In this document: piece by piece, positions 1 to 9,878 of the stretch
Layout: each line of letters opens with the position of its first letter
Numbering within the stretch: position 1 is the first letter of the stretch
Assembly (NCBI GenBank): GCA_965215365.1
Contig: CBDCDS010000003.1
Location: 1,088,001-1,152,000, forward strand
DNA: 64,000 nt
Source: Gammaproteobacteria bacterium
Lineage (GTDB): Bacteria; Pseudomonadota; Gammaproteobacteria; Eutrophobiales; Eutrophobiaceae
Reading direction: 5' to 3'
Made by a program: the position numbers and the translations under genes
Notes under the pieces: generated by a model
Told to the model about the DNA's origin: nothing
The model's database searches: none
Seen by the model: only the letters and a program-made list of their open reading frames with translations

Positions 1-1
1 C

Positions 2-2857
2 GGTATCGACACGTTTGACTATGCCGACGCTGTGCGCGGCAGCCGGGTGGACTTGCGCCCCGGCGCAGTGTCCGATGTATTTGGCGCTAAAGGCGCCATG
101 GTGATTTATAAAGACACGGTGATTGAGAACTTCCTCGGTGGCACCGGGGATGATGATGTGACCGGCAACGACGCGGCCAACACGCTCGTGGGCAACGGGG
201 GGGACGATACCCTGGTCGGTGGTGCTGGAGACGATACTCTGGACGGCGGGGCGGGAGATGACATCCTCGACGGCGGTGCTGGGGATGACACCCTGACCGG
301 CGGGGCCGGCGCCGACACCTTCCGTTACCCGCTCATCGGGTTCGGCGCCGACACCATCATTGACTTCACCGACGGCACGGACCGGATTGATTTCCGCAAC
401 ACCGGCCTGAGCTTTGCCGACCTGACTCTCAGTGTCAGCGGCAAGGACCTGATTATCGATGCCGGTTCCGGCAATACCATTACCCTCACCAGGCAGGCTG
501 GTGTTACTCTCGATCAGGCCGACTTCCTGTTCGGGTCCGCTCCTCTTCACACGGCTACAATCGCCGGCCTGATTGCCGATGTGCGCGGCTATGCAGCAGA
601 GACCTACCCCGGCGCCGACGGCGTGACCCGCTGGCAACGGGTTTTGAAAGCCCTGGGCGAGACCGACGCGGCCTTCGCCAACCTCACACCAATGACCGCC
701 GCCGAGGCTCAAACCTACGCCAACAACGGCTGGCCTCGCTGGGACCCGGTGGTGACCGTCTTGACAGACATCGAAGCGCAACAGCAGCCGGAGGTGTCTA
801 TCGGCGATGTCACCGTCACCGAAGGCGGCAACGCCCAATTCACCGTCAGCCTGGACAAGGCGTGGGGCTACGATGTCACGGTGGACTACATCACTGCCGA
901 CGGCAGCGCCACTGCCGGCCGCGACTACACCGGTGTGAGCGCGGCGCAAACCCTGATCATCCCTGCCAGGCAGCAACACGCCACGATTACAGTAGCCACC
1001 ACGGACGACAATATCGACGAGCCCAACGAGACTTTTACCGTAGCCTTGAGCAATCCCACCAACGCGACTTTGGGTGATGCCATCGGCACGGCCACCCTCA
1101 CCGACAACGACGACCTGATTGCCGATGTGCGCGGCTATGCCGCTGAGACCAACAGCGGGGCCGAGCATGTGACCCGCTGGCAACGGGTTTTGAAAGCCCT
1201 GGGCGAGACCGACGCGGCCTTTGCCAGCCTCACGCCGATGACCGCCGCCGAGGCTCAAACCTACGCCAATAACGGCTGGCCGCGCTGGGACCCGGTGGTG
1301 ACGGCCTTGAGGGCAATCGAAGCGCAACAACCGCCGCCCCCGCCACCGGTGGCATCCATCAACGATGTCACCATCACCGAAGGCGGCAACGCCCAATTCA
1401 CCGTCAGTCTGGACAGGGTTTCGGGCAGCGATGTCACGGTGGACTACAGCACCGCTAACGGCACGGCGACGGCCGGTAGCGACTACGCTGGTGTCAGCAA
1501 GGCGCCAACCCTGACTATCGCCGCCGGGCAGTCAAGCGCGACGATTACCGTGCAAACCACGGACGACAGCACGGATGAGCCGGATGAGACCTTCACGGTG
1601 ACGTTAAGCAATCCCGTTAATGCCGTCTTAGGCGATGCCACTGGCGAGGCGACCGTCACCGACAATGACAGCCCGCCAGCGCTGTCCATCGGCGATGTCA
1701 CCGTCACCGAAGGCGGCGCGGCGCAGTTTACCCTTACTCTTGACGCCGTCTCTGGCAAGGACGTAACTGTGAGTTGGGCAACGACCGACGGCACCGCCAG
1801 CGCCAGCAGCGACTACACGGCGCGCAGCGGTCAGAGCGTCACCATCGCCGCCGGGCAGCAACGCGCGATGATTACGGTAGCCACCACAGACGACAGCATT
1901 GACGAGCCCGATGAGACTTTCACCGTCACCTTGAGCAATCCCGTCAATACCACCTTGGGCGATGCCAGGGGCGAGGCCACTATTACTGACAACGACGACC
2001 CGCCGCCACCCTCATCCGACAACCCCTACGCCGACCTGATTACCAAGGTGCGCGGCTATGCCGCCGAAACCGGTAACGGCGATGCGCATGTGCTCCGCTG
2101 GCAGCGGGTGCTCAAAGCCTTGGGTGAGACCGATGCGGCCTTTGCCAGCCTCACGCCCATGACCGCGGCGCAAGCGCAGAACATGGCCGACACCTACACG
2201 GCGGCCCGCTGGGACCCGGTGGTGACCGCCCTGACCGAGCTCGAGGCGCAACAGCCGCCCGATACCGAGCCCTCCACCCCATCAACTGACCCTGAACCCG
2301 AGCCGCAACCCGATCCTGACCCGTTGCCCGACTCTGGCACACGCCCACTGCCGGTCATCGACGGCCTGACGCTCATTAGCACGTCGGCTTTCGGTGAGGT
2401 GCTCATGGGTAGTGCCGCCAATGACCGCCTCGACGGTAACGCCGGGGGCGACGTGCTCGTCGGCAAGGGCGGCGATGACCTCCTCGACGGCGGCGATGGG
2501 CACGATAGGCTCTACGGCGGCGACGGGGATGACCACTTGGACGGCGGGCCGGGTGATGACCGCATCGACGGCGGCGGCGGCGATGACCTGCTCACCGGCG
2601 GCACCGGCACTGACTTTTTCTACATCTACGCAGACGACGGCCACGATGTGATTACCGACTTCGACAGTGCCACCAAATTTCTGATCTTCTGGCGGGTGGC
2701 GTTCCGTAGCGTGCAAGATCTGCGCGACAACTACGTGACCGAACAGGGCGATGACCTGGTGATTTATACCGACACCGACCGCAACCACAGCGTCACGCTG
2801 GAAGACTTCGTGAGCAACGGCGGGCAGGTCGCCGATCTGAATGTTGTGATCGCTTGA
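2..2857 (+). CDS. RTX/Calx-beta repeat surface protein with serralysin (M10)-like C-terminal region; 5' truncated by window edge
   Basis: Frame is open from nt 2 (GIDTFDYADA..VDLRPG..IENFLGGTGDD). GGxGxD nonapeptide RTX repeats at both ends, three Calx-beta-like domains (VSIGDVTVTEG..DEPDETFTVTLSNP), and three copies of an unrecognised ~70-aa repeat. Confidence 0.85.
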   Translation, partial: GIDTFDYADAVRGSRVDLRPGAVSDVFGAKGAMVIYKDTVIENFLGGTGDDDVTGNDAANTLVGNGGDDTLVGGAGDDTLDGGAGDDILDGGAGDDTLTGGAGADTFRYPLIGFGADTIIDFTDGTDRIDFRNTGLSFADLTLSVSGKDLIIDAGSGNTITLTRQAGVTLDQADFLFGSAPLHTATIAGLIADVRGYAAETYPGADGVTRWQRVLKALGETDAAFANLTPMTAAEAQTYANNGWPRWDPVVTVLTDIEAQQQPEVSIGDVTVTEGGNAQFTVSLDKAWGYDVTVDYITADGSATAGRDYTGVSAAQTLIIPARQQHATITVATTDDNIDEPNETFTVALSNPTNATLGDAIGTATLTDNDDLIADVRGYAAETNSGAEHVTRWQRVLKALGETDAAFASLTPMTAAEAQTYANNGWPRWDPVVTALRAIEAQQPPPPPPVASINDVTITEGGNAQFTVSLDRVSGSDVTVDYSTANGTATAGSDYAGVSKAPTLTIAAGQSSATITVQTTDDSTDEPDETFTVTLSNPVNAVLGDATGEATVTDNDSPPALSIGDVTVTEGGAAQFTLTLDAVSGKDVTVSWATTDGTASASSDYTARSGQSVTIAAGQQRAMITVATTDDSIDEPDETFTVTLSNPVNTTLGDARGEATITDNDDPPPPSSDNPYADLITKVRGYAAETGNGDAHVLRWQRVLKALGETDAAFASLTPMTAAQAQNMADTYTAARWDPVVTALTELEAQQPPDTEPSTPSTDPEPEPQPDPDPLPDSGTRPLPVIDGLTLISTSAFGEVLMGSAANDRLDGNAGGDVLVGKGGDDLLDGGDGHDRLYGGDGDDHLDGGPGDDRIDGGGGDDLLTGGTGTDFFYIYADDGHDVITDFDSATKFLIFWRVAFRSVQDLRDNYVTEQGDDLVIYTDTDRNHSVTLEDFVSNGGQVADLNVVIA

Positions 2858-4017
2858 GAGTGTCGGGCAAGGAGCCGGCACATGGCAACAGGACATTGGA
2901 GACGCTCTCTCAAGATACCCATCTGTATGACTGGCTGGTGCTGCTGCATGCGGCGGTCGCAACCGACTATAACCTGTTCCCATTGCTGGAGAACTTCGGG
3001 GCTGCGCCGGCAGTGCTGGAGGCGGCAAGGGCCGGGTTGATCAGTGGCGCCCACCTGCCGCCCGCGGCGCTGGCAGCACTGCAAAAACCCGATGCCGAAG
3101 CAATCAACAGTGAAATGGCGCGTCTGCAGCAGGCGGGTTATCACTTCATCCCGTTCAACCACGAGTGCTATCCGGCGTTATTGAAGCAGATACCGGCACC
3201 GCCGCCGGGTTTGTTTATGCGCGGCGACCCCGGGGTTATTGCCACTTGCCAGGTGGCCCTGGTCGGGAGCCGCAAGCCCACTATTGACGGCCGCAAGGAT
3301 GCCCGGTATCTCGCCGAGGCGCTGGCACAGGAGGGCATCACGGTAACCAGTGGTCTGGCGCACGGCATAGATACGGAAGCGCACCGGGGCGCGCTGGCGC
3401 GCCACGGCCGCACGGTTGCGGTGCTGGGCAGCGGCCTCGACTGTATTTACCCACGCGCCAATGCCGGGCTGGCCGAGGCGGTCTGTGAACGCGGCGCGCT
3501 GGTATCCGAGTTCCCGCTCTGCTGGCGTCCATATCCTGGTAATTTTCCGCGTCGCAACCGTGTTATCAGCGGCCTCAGCGCCGCCACGCTGGTGGTGGAA
3601 GCAACCCGCAACAGCGGGTCGTTGATCACAGCTAGGCATGCGCTGGAGCAGAACCGCGAAGTGCTGGCCGTGCCCGGCTCGATCAGGAATCCCATGAAGC
3701 AGGGTTGTCACAGCCTGTTGCGCGCCGGGGCGGCGCTGGTGGAAAACGTCGAGGATATCCTGGCCGTCCTAGGTCAGTTCCAGCAGCTTAAAAAGGCCGC
3801 GGCGGTGGCGACCGTGCAAGCCGAACATAACATTACACTTGACGAACAGGAGAAAGTGCTGCTTGATAATATAGGCTATGAGCCGACCAGCTTAGATGAG
3901 ATAGTGAATATGACCGGCAATGGGATCGAGGATATTATGGGCAAACTGCTAACCTTGGAACTGGACGGGTTGATCACGGCAGTGGCGCCGGGCTCGTACA
4001 TGCGCGTCGGGCGCTAA
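2854..4017 (+). CDS. dprA: DNA-processing protein DprA (exact start uncertain)
   Basis: Motifs VALVGSRK, VTSGLAHGID, NFPRRNRVISGLS, VVEA..SGSLITA; C-terminal winged helix; upstream of topA. Confidence 0.95.
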   Translation: MRVSGKEPAHGNRTLETLSQDTHLYDWLVLLHAAVATDYNLFPLLENFGAAPAVLEAARAGLISGAHLPPAALAALQKPDAEAINSEMARLQQAGYHFIPFNHECYPALLKQIPAPPPGLFMRGDPGVIATCQVALVGSRKPTIDGRKDARYLAEALAQEGITVTSGLAHGIDTEAHRGALARHGRTVAVLGSGLDCIYPRANAGLAEAVCERGALVSEFPLCWRPYPGNFPRRNRVISGLSAATLVVEATRNSGSLITARHALEQNREVLAVPGSIRNPMKQGCHSLLRAGAALVENVEDILAVLGQFQQLKKAAAVATVQAEHNITLDEQEKVLLDNIGYEPTSLDEIVNMTGNGIEDIMGKLLTLELDGLITAVAPGSYMRVGR

Positions 4018-4074
4018 CCCGCAGGCAGCACCAATCCGGCGCGAGCTTCGCATCACTTGGTGAGATATGCGGGC
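4015..4074 (+). mobile_element. Internally deleted MITE family A copy
   Basis: Left-end-like TAACCCGCAG is joined directly to the element's 3' part (GCAGCACCAATCCGGCGCG...GGTGAGATATGCGGGC). Confidence 0.7.
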
Positions 4075-4075
4075 C

Positions 4076-4561
4076 AGCCCGCAGATCTCACCCAGTCGCT
4101 TATTGCCTTGTGAAACATTATTTTTCTCAATAAGTTATGATCATACTGCTGCTCTTTCCGCATAACCCACTGCGCTTGATGCGCCCTCGCTGGTCTTGGT
4201 TCTGCCTGCGGGCACGTGCTTCCTCAACCATAGCTACCGCTATGGTTTCGGGCGCAGGCACCCGCAGGCAGAACCAATCCGGCGCGATCTTCGCATCACT
4301 TGGTGAGATATGCGGGCCAGCCCGCAGATCTCACCCAGTCGCTTATTGCCTTGTGAAACATTATTTTTCTCAATAAGTTATGATCATACTGCTGCTCTTT
4401 CCGCATAACCCACTGCGCTTGATGCGCCCTCGCTGGTCTTGGTTCTGCCTGCGGGCACGTGCTTCCTCAACCATAGCTACCGCTATGGTTTCGGGCGCAG
4501 GCACCCGCAGGCAGAACCAATCCGGCGCGATCTTCGCATCACTTGGTGAGATATGCGGGCT
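4076..4561 (+). mobile_element. Two head-to-tail copies of the ~243-bp MITE family A (4076-4318, 4319-4561)
   Basis: 243-bp tandem duplication. Terminal IRs AGCCCGCAGATCTCACC / GGTGAGATATGCGGGC(T). Internal IRs TGGTTCTGCCTGCGGG/CCCGCAGGCAGAACCA and AACCATAGC/GCTATGGTT. No transposase. Confidence 0.9.
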
Positions 4562-4577
4562 AAAACTAAAATAAAGT

Positions 4578-6983
4578 GTGAAAAAAATGACATCAGCATT
4601 AGTTATCGTTGAATCTCCTGCAAAAGCCAGAACCCTGGAACGCTACCTGGGTAGTGGTTACAAGGTGTTGGCATCCAACGGGCATGTGCGCGACCTGTTG
4701 CCGAAAACCGGTGCGGTAAATCCGGAACAGGACTTTGCCATGCGCTATGAAATCATCGACAGAAACGCCCGTTCCGTGGACGCGATCGCCCGCGCCTTGA
4801 AAAAATCCGACGTGCTGTATCTGGCCACTGACCCCGACCGCGAGGGTGAGGCCATCTCCTGGCACCTGTACGAGTTGCTCAAAGAGCGCGACGCGCTGCA
4901 ACGCAAGGAGGTCAAGCGCGTGGTGTTCCATGAAGTCACCAAGCAGGCAGTGTTGAAAGCGCTGGGCAACCCCGGGGAATTATCTTGGGACTTGATCAAC
5001 GCCCAGCAGGCGCGCCGCGCGCTGGACTATCTGGTCGGGTTCAACCTGTCGCCGCTGTTGTGGAAGAAGATTCGTCGGGGCCTGTCTGCCGGGCGGGTGC
5101 AAAGTCCTGCGCTGCGCTTGATCGTCGAGCGTGAAGAGGAGATTGAGCAGTTCCAAACCCGCGAGTACTGGACGGTGGAGGCAGACCTGACGGTCTCAGG
5201 GACGCAGTTTCCCGCTCGGCTGAGCCGCTTTGATGACGAGAAAATAGAGCAATTCAGCATTACCGATGAAGCGCGTGCACAGGCGGTGACCGGCACGCTG
5301 GAACACAATGCCGCGGCGCAACTCAAGGAAGTTATGGCTGCCGGGGTCAAGCCCGGCATGGCGGGGGAAACTGCGGGGGACTTCGACCCGGCTGCCTGCC
5401 GCGGCGCGCTGCGCGTGCATGCGGTGACGCGCAAGCAGCGCAAGCGCAACCCGGCCCCGCCGTTCATCACCTCCACGTTGCAGCAGGAGGCCGTCAGGAA
5501 ACTGGGCTTTACTGCACAACATGCTATGCGTATTGCGCAACAGTTGTACGAAGGCATTGACATCGGTTCCGGCGAAGTGGGCCTGATCACGTACATGAGG
5601 ACTGATTCGGTGAATCTGGCAACGGAAGCCATCAACGAGATGCGTCGGTTTATCAAGACCCGATATGGTGCAGAATACCTGCCGGAGCAGCCCCGTCGCT
5701 ACCGTACCAAATCAAAAAACGCGCAGGAGGCCCATGAAGCCATACGCCCCACCGCCGTGGCGCGCGTGCCGCAGGACCTGCGCTCGAAGCTGAGCAAGGA
5801 CCAATTCCGCTTGTACGAGTTGATCTGGAAGCGAGCGCTGGCCAGTCAGATGGCCGCGGCCGTTATCGACACGGTTGCGGTGGATCTGAAGTGTGGCGCT
5901 GGTAACTTGTTCCGGGCGAATGGCTCCACCGTGGTCAAACAAGGTTTTATGACGCTATATACAGAAGGTGAGGACGACCGCAAGCAGGGACAGGCGGATA
6001 ACGCCACTGACAGAACCTTGCCCGCTATGGCGACCGATGATGTGGTGGCATTGCTGCAAATACGACCCGAACAGCATTTTACCGAACCGCCGCCGCGCTA
6101 TTCCGAGGCAACCCTGGTGAAGACGCTGGAAGAATACGGCATCGGCCGACCTTCGACTTATGCCGCCATTATTTCCACCTTGCGCAACCGGGAATACGTG
6201 GAAATGGAAAAAAAACGTTTTCAACCCACCGACGTGGGGCGCGTCGTCAACAAGTTTCTCACCGAGCATTTCGACAGTTACGTCGATTACAACTTTACCG
6301 CCAGACTAGAAGATGATCTCGATGCCGTGTCCCGCGGGGAGAAGGAATGGGTGCCGTTGATGCGAGATTTCTGGGAGCCGTTTGCTGCCAGAGTGAAAGA
6401 CAAGGAAGGTGGGGTGAGCCGCAGCGAGGCGGTCAGCGCGCGCATGCTGGGTAATGATCCGGCCAGCGGCCGCCCGGTTACCGTGCGCATGGGGCGTTAC
6501 GGGCCTTATGTGCAGGTAGGCACCCGGGACGATGAGGACAAGCCGAAGTTTGCCAGCCTGCGTTCCGAGCAGCGCATGGATACTATCGGGTTGGAGGAAG
6601 CGCTGGAACTGTTCAACCTGCCCAGGGAACTGGGTGTTTCCGAAGCGGGCGAGCAGATTAGCGTAAATATCGGTCGCTTCGGCCCTTATGTGCGCTATGA
6701 CGACAAGTATGCCTCCCTGCAGGATGGGGATGATCCTTATACGATGGACCTGGCACGGGCGCTGGAGCTGGTGCGCGAGAAAAAGGCGGCGGACGCGAAC
6801 AAGTACATCAAGGTGTTTGAAAATGAGGGCATTGCCATTCTCAACGGACGTTACGGACCGTATATCAAGGAGGGCAAGAAGAATGTCAAAATTCCTAAGG
6901 ATAAGGCGCCTGAGGACTTGACCCTGCAGGAGTGCAAAGACCTGATCGCCGCCGCCCCGGCAGGGCGCCGGCGCCGTAAGTGA
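4578..6983 (+). CDS. topA: DNA topoisomerase I
   Basis: LVIVESPAKA, LATDPDREGEAI, SAGRVQS, GLITYMRTDS (catalytic Tyr), C-terminal GRYGPY repeats. Confidence 0.98.
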   Translation: MKKMTSALVIVESPAKARTLERYLGSGYKVLASNGHVRDLLPKTGAVNPEQDFAMRYEIIDRNARSVDAIARALKKSDVLYLATDPDREGEAISWHLYELLKERDALQRKEVKRVVFHEVTKQAVLKALGNPGELSWDLINAQQARRALDYLVGFNLSPLLWKKIRRGLSAGRVQSPALRLIVEREEEIEQFQTREYWTVEADLTVSGTQFPARLSRFDDEKIEQFSITDEARAQAVTGTLEHNAAAQLKEVMAAGVKPGMAGETAGDFDPAACRGALRVHAVTRKQRKRNPAPPFITSTLQQEAVRKLGFTAQHAMRIAQQLYEGIDIGSGEVGLITYMRTDSVNLATEAINEMRRFIKTRYGAEYLPEQPRRYRTKSKNAQEAHEAIRPTAVARVPQDLRSKLSKDQFRLYELIWKRALASQMAAAVIDTVAVDLKCGAGNLFRANGSTVVKQGFMTLYTEGEDDRKQGQADNATDRTLPAMATDDVVALLQIRPEQHFTEPPPRYSEATLVKTLEEYGIGRPSTYAAIISTLRNREYVEMEKKRFQPTDVGRVVNKFLTEHFDSYVDYNFTARLEDDLDAVSRGEKEWVPLMRDFWEPFAARVKDKEGGVSRSEAVSARMLGNDPASGRPVTVRMGRYGPYVQVGTRDDEDKPKFASLRSEQRMDTIGLEEALELFNLPRELGVSEAGEQISVNIGRFGPYVRYDDKYASLQDGDDPYTMDLARALELVREKKAADANKYIKVFENEGIAILNGRYGPYIKEGKKNVKIPKDKAPEDLTLQECKDLIAAAPAGRRRRK

Positions 6984-7028
6984 GTAGTTTTGTTGGCCCC
7001 GTACATCTCTTGAATATGAGAAATAACG

Positions 7029-7535
7029 ATGACTGAAAACAAACCGTTTGTTGCAATTTTAATGGGTTCGGATTCCGACCTGCCGGTAATGCGCGCCACC
7101 GTTGAGGTACTGGACAGTTTTACCATTGCCAGGGAGGTGAAGATCACCTCTGCGCACCGTACCCCCGAAGCCACTAAGGCCTACATCAAGGATGCCGAGG
7201 CGCGCGGCTGCCAGGTGTTTATTGCCGCCGCCGGCCTGGCCGCGCACCTGGCTGGCGCGGTGGCGGCAACCACTACCCGGCCGGTCATCGGTGTGCCCTT
7301 GGCTGCCGGGCCGCTGAACGGCATGGACTCGTTGCTGTCAACGGTGCAGATGCCAGGCGGCATACCGGTCGGGACCGTTGCCATCGGCAAGGCCGGAGCC
7401 AAAAACGCCGCCTATCTGGCCGCACAAATTCTGGCGTTGCAGGACCGCGAGCTGGCCGCCGCCATCAGCGCCGAACGCGCGCAGATGAGCCACTCGGTGC
7501 AGGCCAAGGATGCGGCCTTGCAGGAACAACTGTGA
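7029..7535 (+). CDS. purE: N5-CAIR mutase
   Basis: [29 protein letters not shown]. Confidence 0.97.
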   Translation: MTENKPFVAILMGSDSDLPVMRATVEVLDSFTIAREVKITSAHRTPEATKAYIKDAEARGCQVFIAAAGLAAHLAGAVAATTTRPVIGVPLAAGPLNGMDSLLSTVQMPGGIPVGTVAIGKAGAKNAAYLAAQILALQDRELAAAISAERAQMSHSVQAKDAALQEQL

Positions 7536-7554
7536 CCCTGGCTATCGAGCCATA

Positions 7555-8106
7555 TTGAAAAGCTGGCAAATTCATAAGGCACTGAATGTCCTGCAGGACG
7601 GCGGTGTTATCGTCTATCCCACCGAGGCGGTGCTGGGTTTGGGATGCGACCCCTGGAATGGGGAAGCAGTGCAGCAGCTGTTACGGCTGAAACAGCGGTC
7701 GGTTGACAAGGGTTTGATCGTAGTTGCCGCCGCTGTGGAGCAGTTGGCAGACCTGGTGGATTTCCTGCAGGTTCCGGCGCCGGACACGATAACCGCGTCC
7801 TGGCCGGGCCCGGTCACCTGGCTGCTGCCGACGTATCCCGACACGCCGGGCTGGCTTAGCGGTCAACATGATACCCTAGCAGTGCGGGTATCGGCACATC
7901 CGCGCGTGCGGCAACTGTGCGAGCGGGTCGGGCCGTTGGTTTCCACCAGCGCCAACCCGTCCCGTTGCCGACCGGCCCGCACCCTAAGACGCGCCAGGGC
8001 GTATTTTGGTCGGCGCGTGGATTATTATCTGCCCGGCGCCGTCGGTGGAGACCCCAGACCCAGCGTCATTCGGGATGCCGTTACCGGTCGCGTGCTGCGC
8101 GGTTGA
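7555..8106 (+). CDS. tsaC: L-threonylcarbamoyladenylate synthase (Sua5/YrdC)
   Basis: YPTEAVLGLGCDP, LKQR..KGLI, WPGPVT, STSAN. TTG start at 7555 chosen to avoid overlap with purE. Confidence 0.92.
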   Translation: MKSWQIHKALNVLQDGGVIVYPTEAVLGLGCDPWNGEAVQQLLRLKQRSVDKGLIVVAAAVEQLADLVDFLQVPAPDTITASWPGPVTWLLPTYPDTPGWLSGQHDTLAVRVSAHPRVRQLCERVGPLVSTSANPSRCRPARTLRRARAYFGRRVDYYLPGAVGGDPRPSVIRDAVTGRVLRG

Positions 8107-8124
8107 TTTGTCCGGTAAGCCACC

Positions 8125-8290
8125 ATGCAAACAAGAAGACGCTTCATACAACACTCCCTGGCACTGCTGACGACCCTGGGGTCAGTGCGCGGATCTGCGG
8201 CAAGCCCGGACCGAACCTTCTCCGGTCCCCGCATTCCTGTCATCCTCGCTTCCGACATCGGCGATGACATCGACGACACCTGGGCCTTGT
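8125..8290 (+). pseudogene. 5' remnant of a Tat-exported nucleoside hydrolase
   Basis: Twin-arginine signal (TRRRFI) followed by IPVILASDIGDDIDDTWAL (DxDxxxDD-type IU-NH motif), then unrelated sequence. Confidence 0.7.
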
Positions 8291-8459
8291 TCCCGACTTC
8301 GACGATTTCTTTATCTAAAGAGTCTCACTTGTTTCTGAACCCGGACACAGATACCAGACCGGTCATCGGGGTGCATTCTGGTTTAACGACGGGCCGTAAG
8401 TTTAGGGGCACCCTTTACAATGAGTGTCCCCTGATTATGAGAGAATGGGGACAGCCCGC

Positions 8460-8990
8460 TTATTTCAGAGCCGGTTCAGCTACCAGCTCTTCCAGTGCGT
8501 ACAGCGTCTTTTGTGGGAATCGCTCCAACGGGTAATACTGACAGATGATATCCAGGGCATTTTGGTAATTCGTAATATTCAGGTAGCGTAGCAGGAAACG
8601 CACATCGGCTTCGTCGTGAAATTCTTCACCCAAACGCAGGGCCAGACATTTCATGGCCAGCAGGTATTCGGGGCCTGCAATCATCACCCGCAGATTGGAA
8701 AGTTCAAGGTAATCCTGAAAGTCGTTGCGGCTGCTCAGGTAGCCTTTCACGGCATCGTTAAGCCAGTTTTCATTCAGTCCCAAACTGGCAGCGACACGTT
8801 TTGCTGCTGAACGGACGGCGCCCGCCGGCTTGAAAAAACCATCCAGATCACGAGTTGATGGGCGTGCATTATATGCCAGACACATGACGGCGCCACCCAT
8901 CAGGTACAACTCTCCGGTAATACCGGTATGGGCCAGTTCATCATTCAGACGCTCGAGCAAATGCCGAATCTCATCCTGTTGCAGCGCCAT
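8460..8990 (-). CDS. Nucleotidyltransferase-fold protein (DUF6036/AbiEii-like), putative toxin
   Basis: LMGGAVMCLAY..RPSTRDLD (GG..R.T.D.D motif), LLAMK, D..D; 1-nt overlap with the upstream gene. Confidence 0.75.
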   Translation of the reverse strand: MALQQDEIRHLLERLNDELAHTGITGELYLMGGAVMCLAYNARPSTRDLDGFFKPAGAVRSAAKRVAASLGLNENWLNDAVKGYLSSRNDFQDYLELSNLRVMIAGPEYLLAMKCLALRLGEEFHDEADVRFLLRYLNITNYQNALDIICQYYPLERFPQKTLYALEELVAEPALK

Positions 8991-9481
8991 TACATTCGCT
9001 CCCCGACACTGCTGTCAATGAACAGATTGCGCCGCCGAAAAGCAGGCGGTGAATGTGTCAACAAGTACAGCCGCAATCCCTGCAGAGATGAAGCAAACCA
9101 GGGTGTCTCAAGCCGTTCTATATTTTTTACCCACTCGGGGACAGGCACATTTCTTACGGCGGCGGTATATTCAATCATCGCCGCCAGATAGTTTGCTGCA
9201 AAGGGCGCGAGTTGCGCGGTAGGGGGATATTGCAGCGCCCTGGGAAATTCCTGTGGTTCAAGGCGTTTGAAAAAATCATGCAACTCCGCAAGAGTGTGGC
9301 TGCGTAGCGAAGGCTTTTCTGCAAGTTCCATGCAAAGTGTTTGAAAACGCTCCCCGACAGGAGGCAGGAGCCGGCGCAGCACCCATTTCGATACGTCCAT
9401 TCCTGCATCTTGCGCGCACCGCCGGATACGTTCCTTCTGGTGCGCATCGATTCGGATTTGAAGCTGGCTGGTCTTCGGCAT
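8990..9481 (-). CDS. Putative antitoxin with N-terminal ribbon-helix-helix domain
   Basis: KTSQLQIRI..QKERI...A..AGMDVSKWV pattern; C-terminal SPPAFRRRNLFID; coupled to the NTase gene. Confidence 0.65.
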   Translation of the reverse strand: MPKTSQLQIRIDAHQKERIRRCAQDAGMDVSKWVLRRLLPPVGERFQTLCMELAEKPSLRSHTLAELHDFFKRLEPQEFPRALQYPPTAQLAPFAANYLAAMIEYTAAVRNVPVPEWVKNIERLETPWFASSLQGLRLYLLTHSPPAFRRRNLFIDSSVGERM

Positions 9482-9487
9482 AACCGC

Positions 9488-9532
9488 ATCATGTCAGGTA
9501 TCCGACAAACTGTCAATACATTGTCATGACAA
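9488..9532 (-). promoter_or_regulatory. Sigma70 promoter with overlapping operator-like repeats for the antitoxin/NTase operon
   Basis: Minus-strand TTGACA (9516-9511), 17 nt, CATGAT (9493-9488). Palindrome TTGTCATGACAA at 9521-9532; GACAAAC occurs twice. Confidence 0.6.
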
Positions 9533-9550
9533 ACTTTGATATTAACACAA

Positions 9551-9810
9551 GGGCACCTCTCACAAACACGAGGTGACCGTGCAACACAAGGATGTGCTGC
9601 CAGTAACTGCAAGCACATTTTTTCATTTCCGTCTCACAAATCCGCCCGGAGCGGATTTGGACGTCCGCAGGACGCCCGCAGGGGGCGTCCCAAGGATGGG
9701 ACGCATCACAAAATACCAGGGAGGGCATTTTTAGAGGTTCCCATAATTACCTGCAAGGGGAAATGGGGTAGTATTATGGCAACTTCTAAAAATGCCCTCC
9801 GTGGCATTTT
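9551..9810. repeat. Cluster of family B palindromic repeats with internal REP-like hairpins
   Basis: GGGCACCTCTCACAAACACGAGGTGACC (9551-9578); CAAATCCGCCCGGAGCGGATTTG; AAAATACCAGGGAGGGCATTTTTAGAGGTTCCC (to 9742); AAAATGCCCTCCGTGGCATTTT (to 9810). Confidence 0.75.
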
Positions 9811-9878
9811 GCTATGTAAATTTTCAAAATCCACGTAGCAAATAGTGATAAATCCGGGATGACGGATAGGCCTCAGAC

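Noticed and set aside
4015-4561. Possible CRISPR array
   Set aside because: Units are 243 bp with no unique spacers, and there are no cas genes in the window.
4137-4574. Repeated ORFs MIILLLFPHNPLRL... (also at 44882-45091 and 48228-48410)
   Set aside because: They lie within MITE A, have variable ends and a frameshift in one copy, and show no protein motif.
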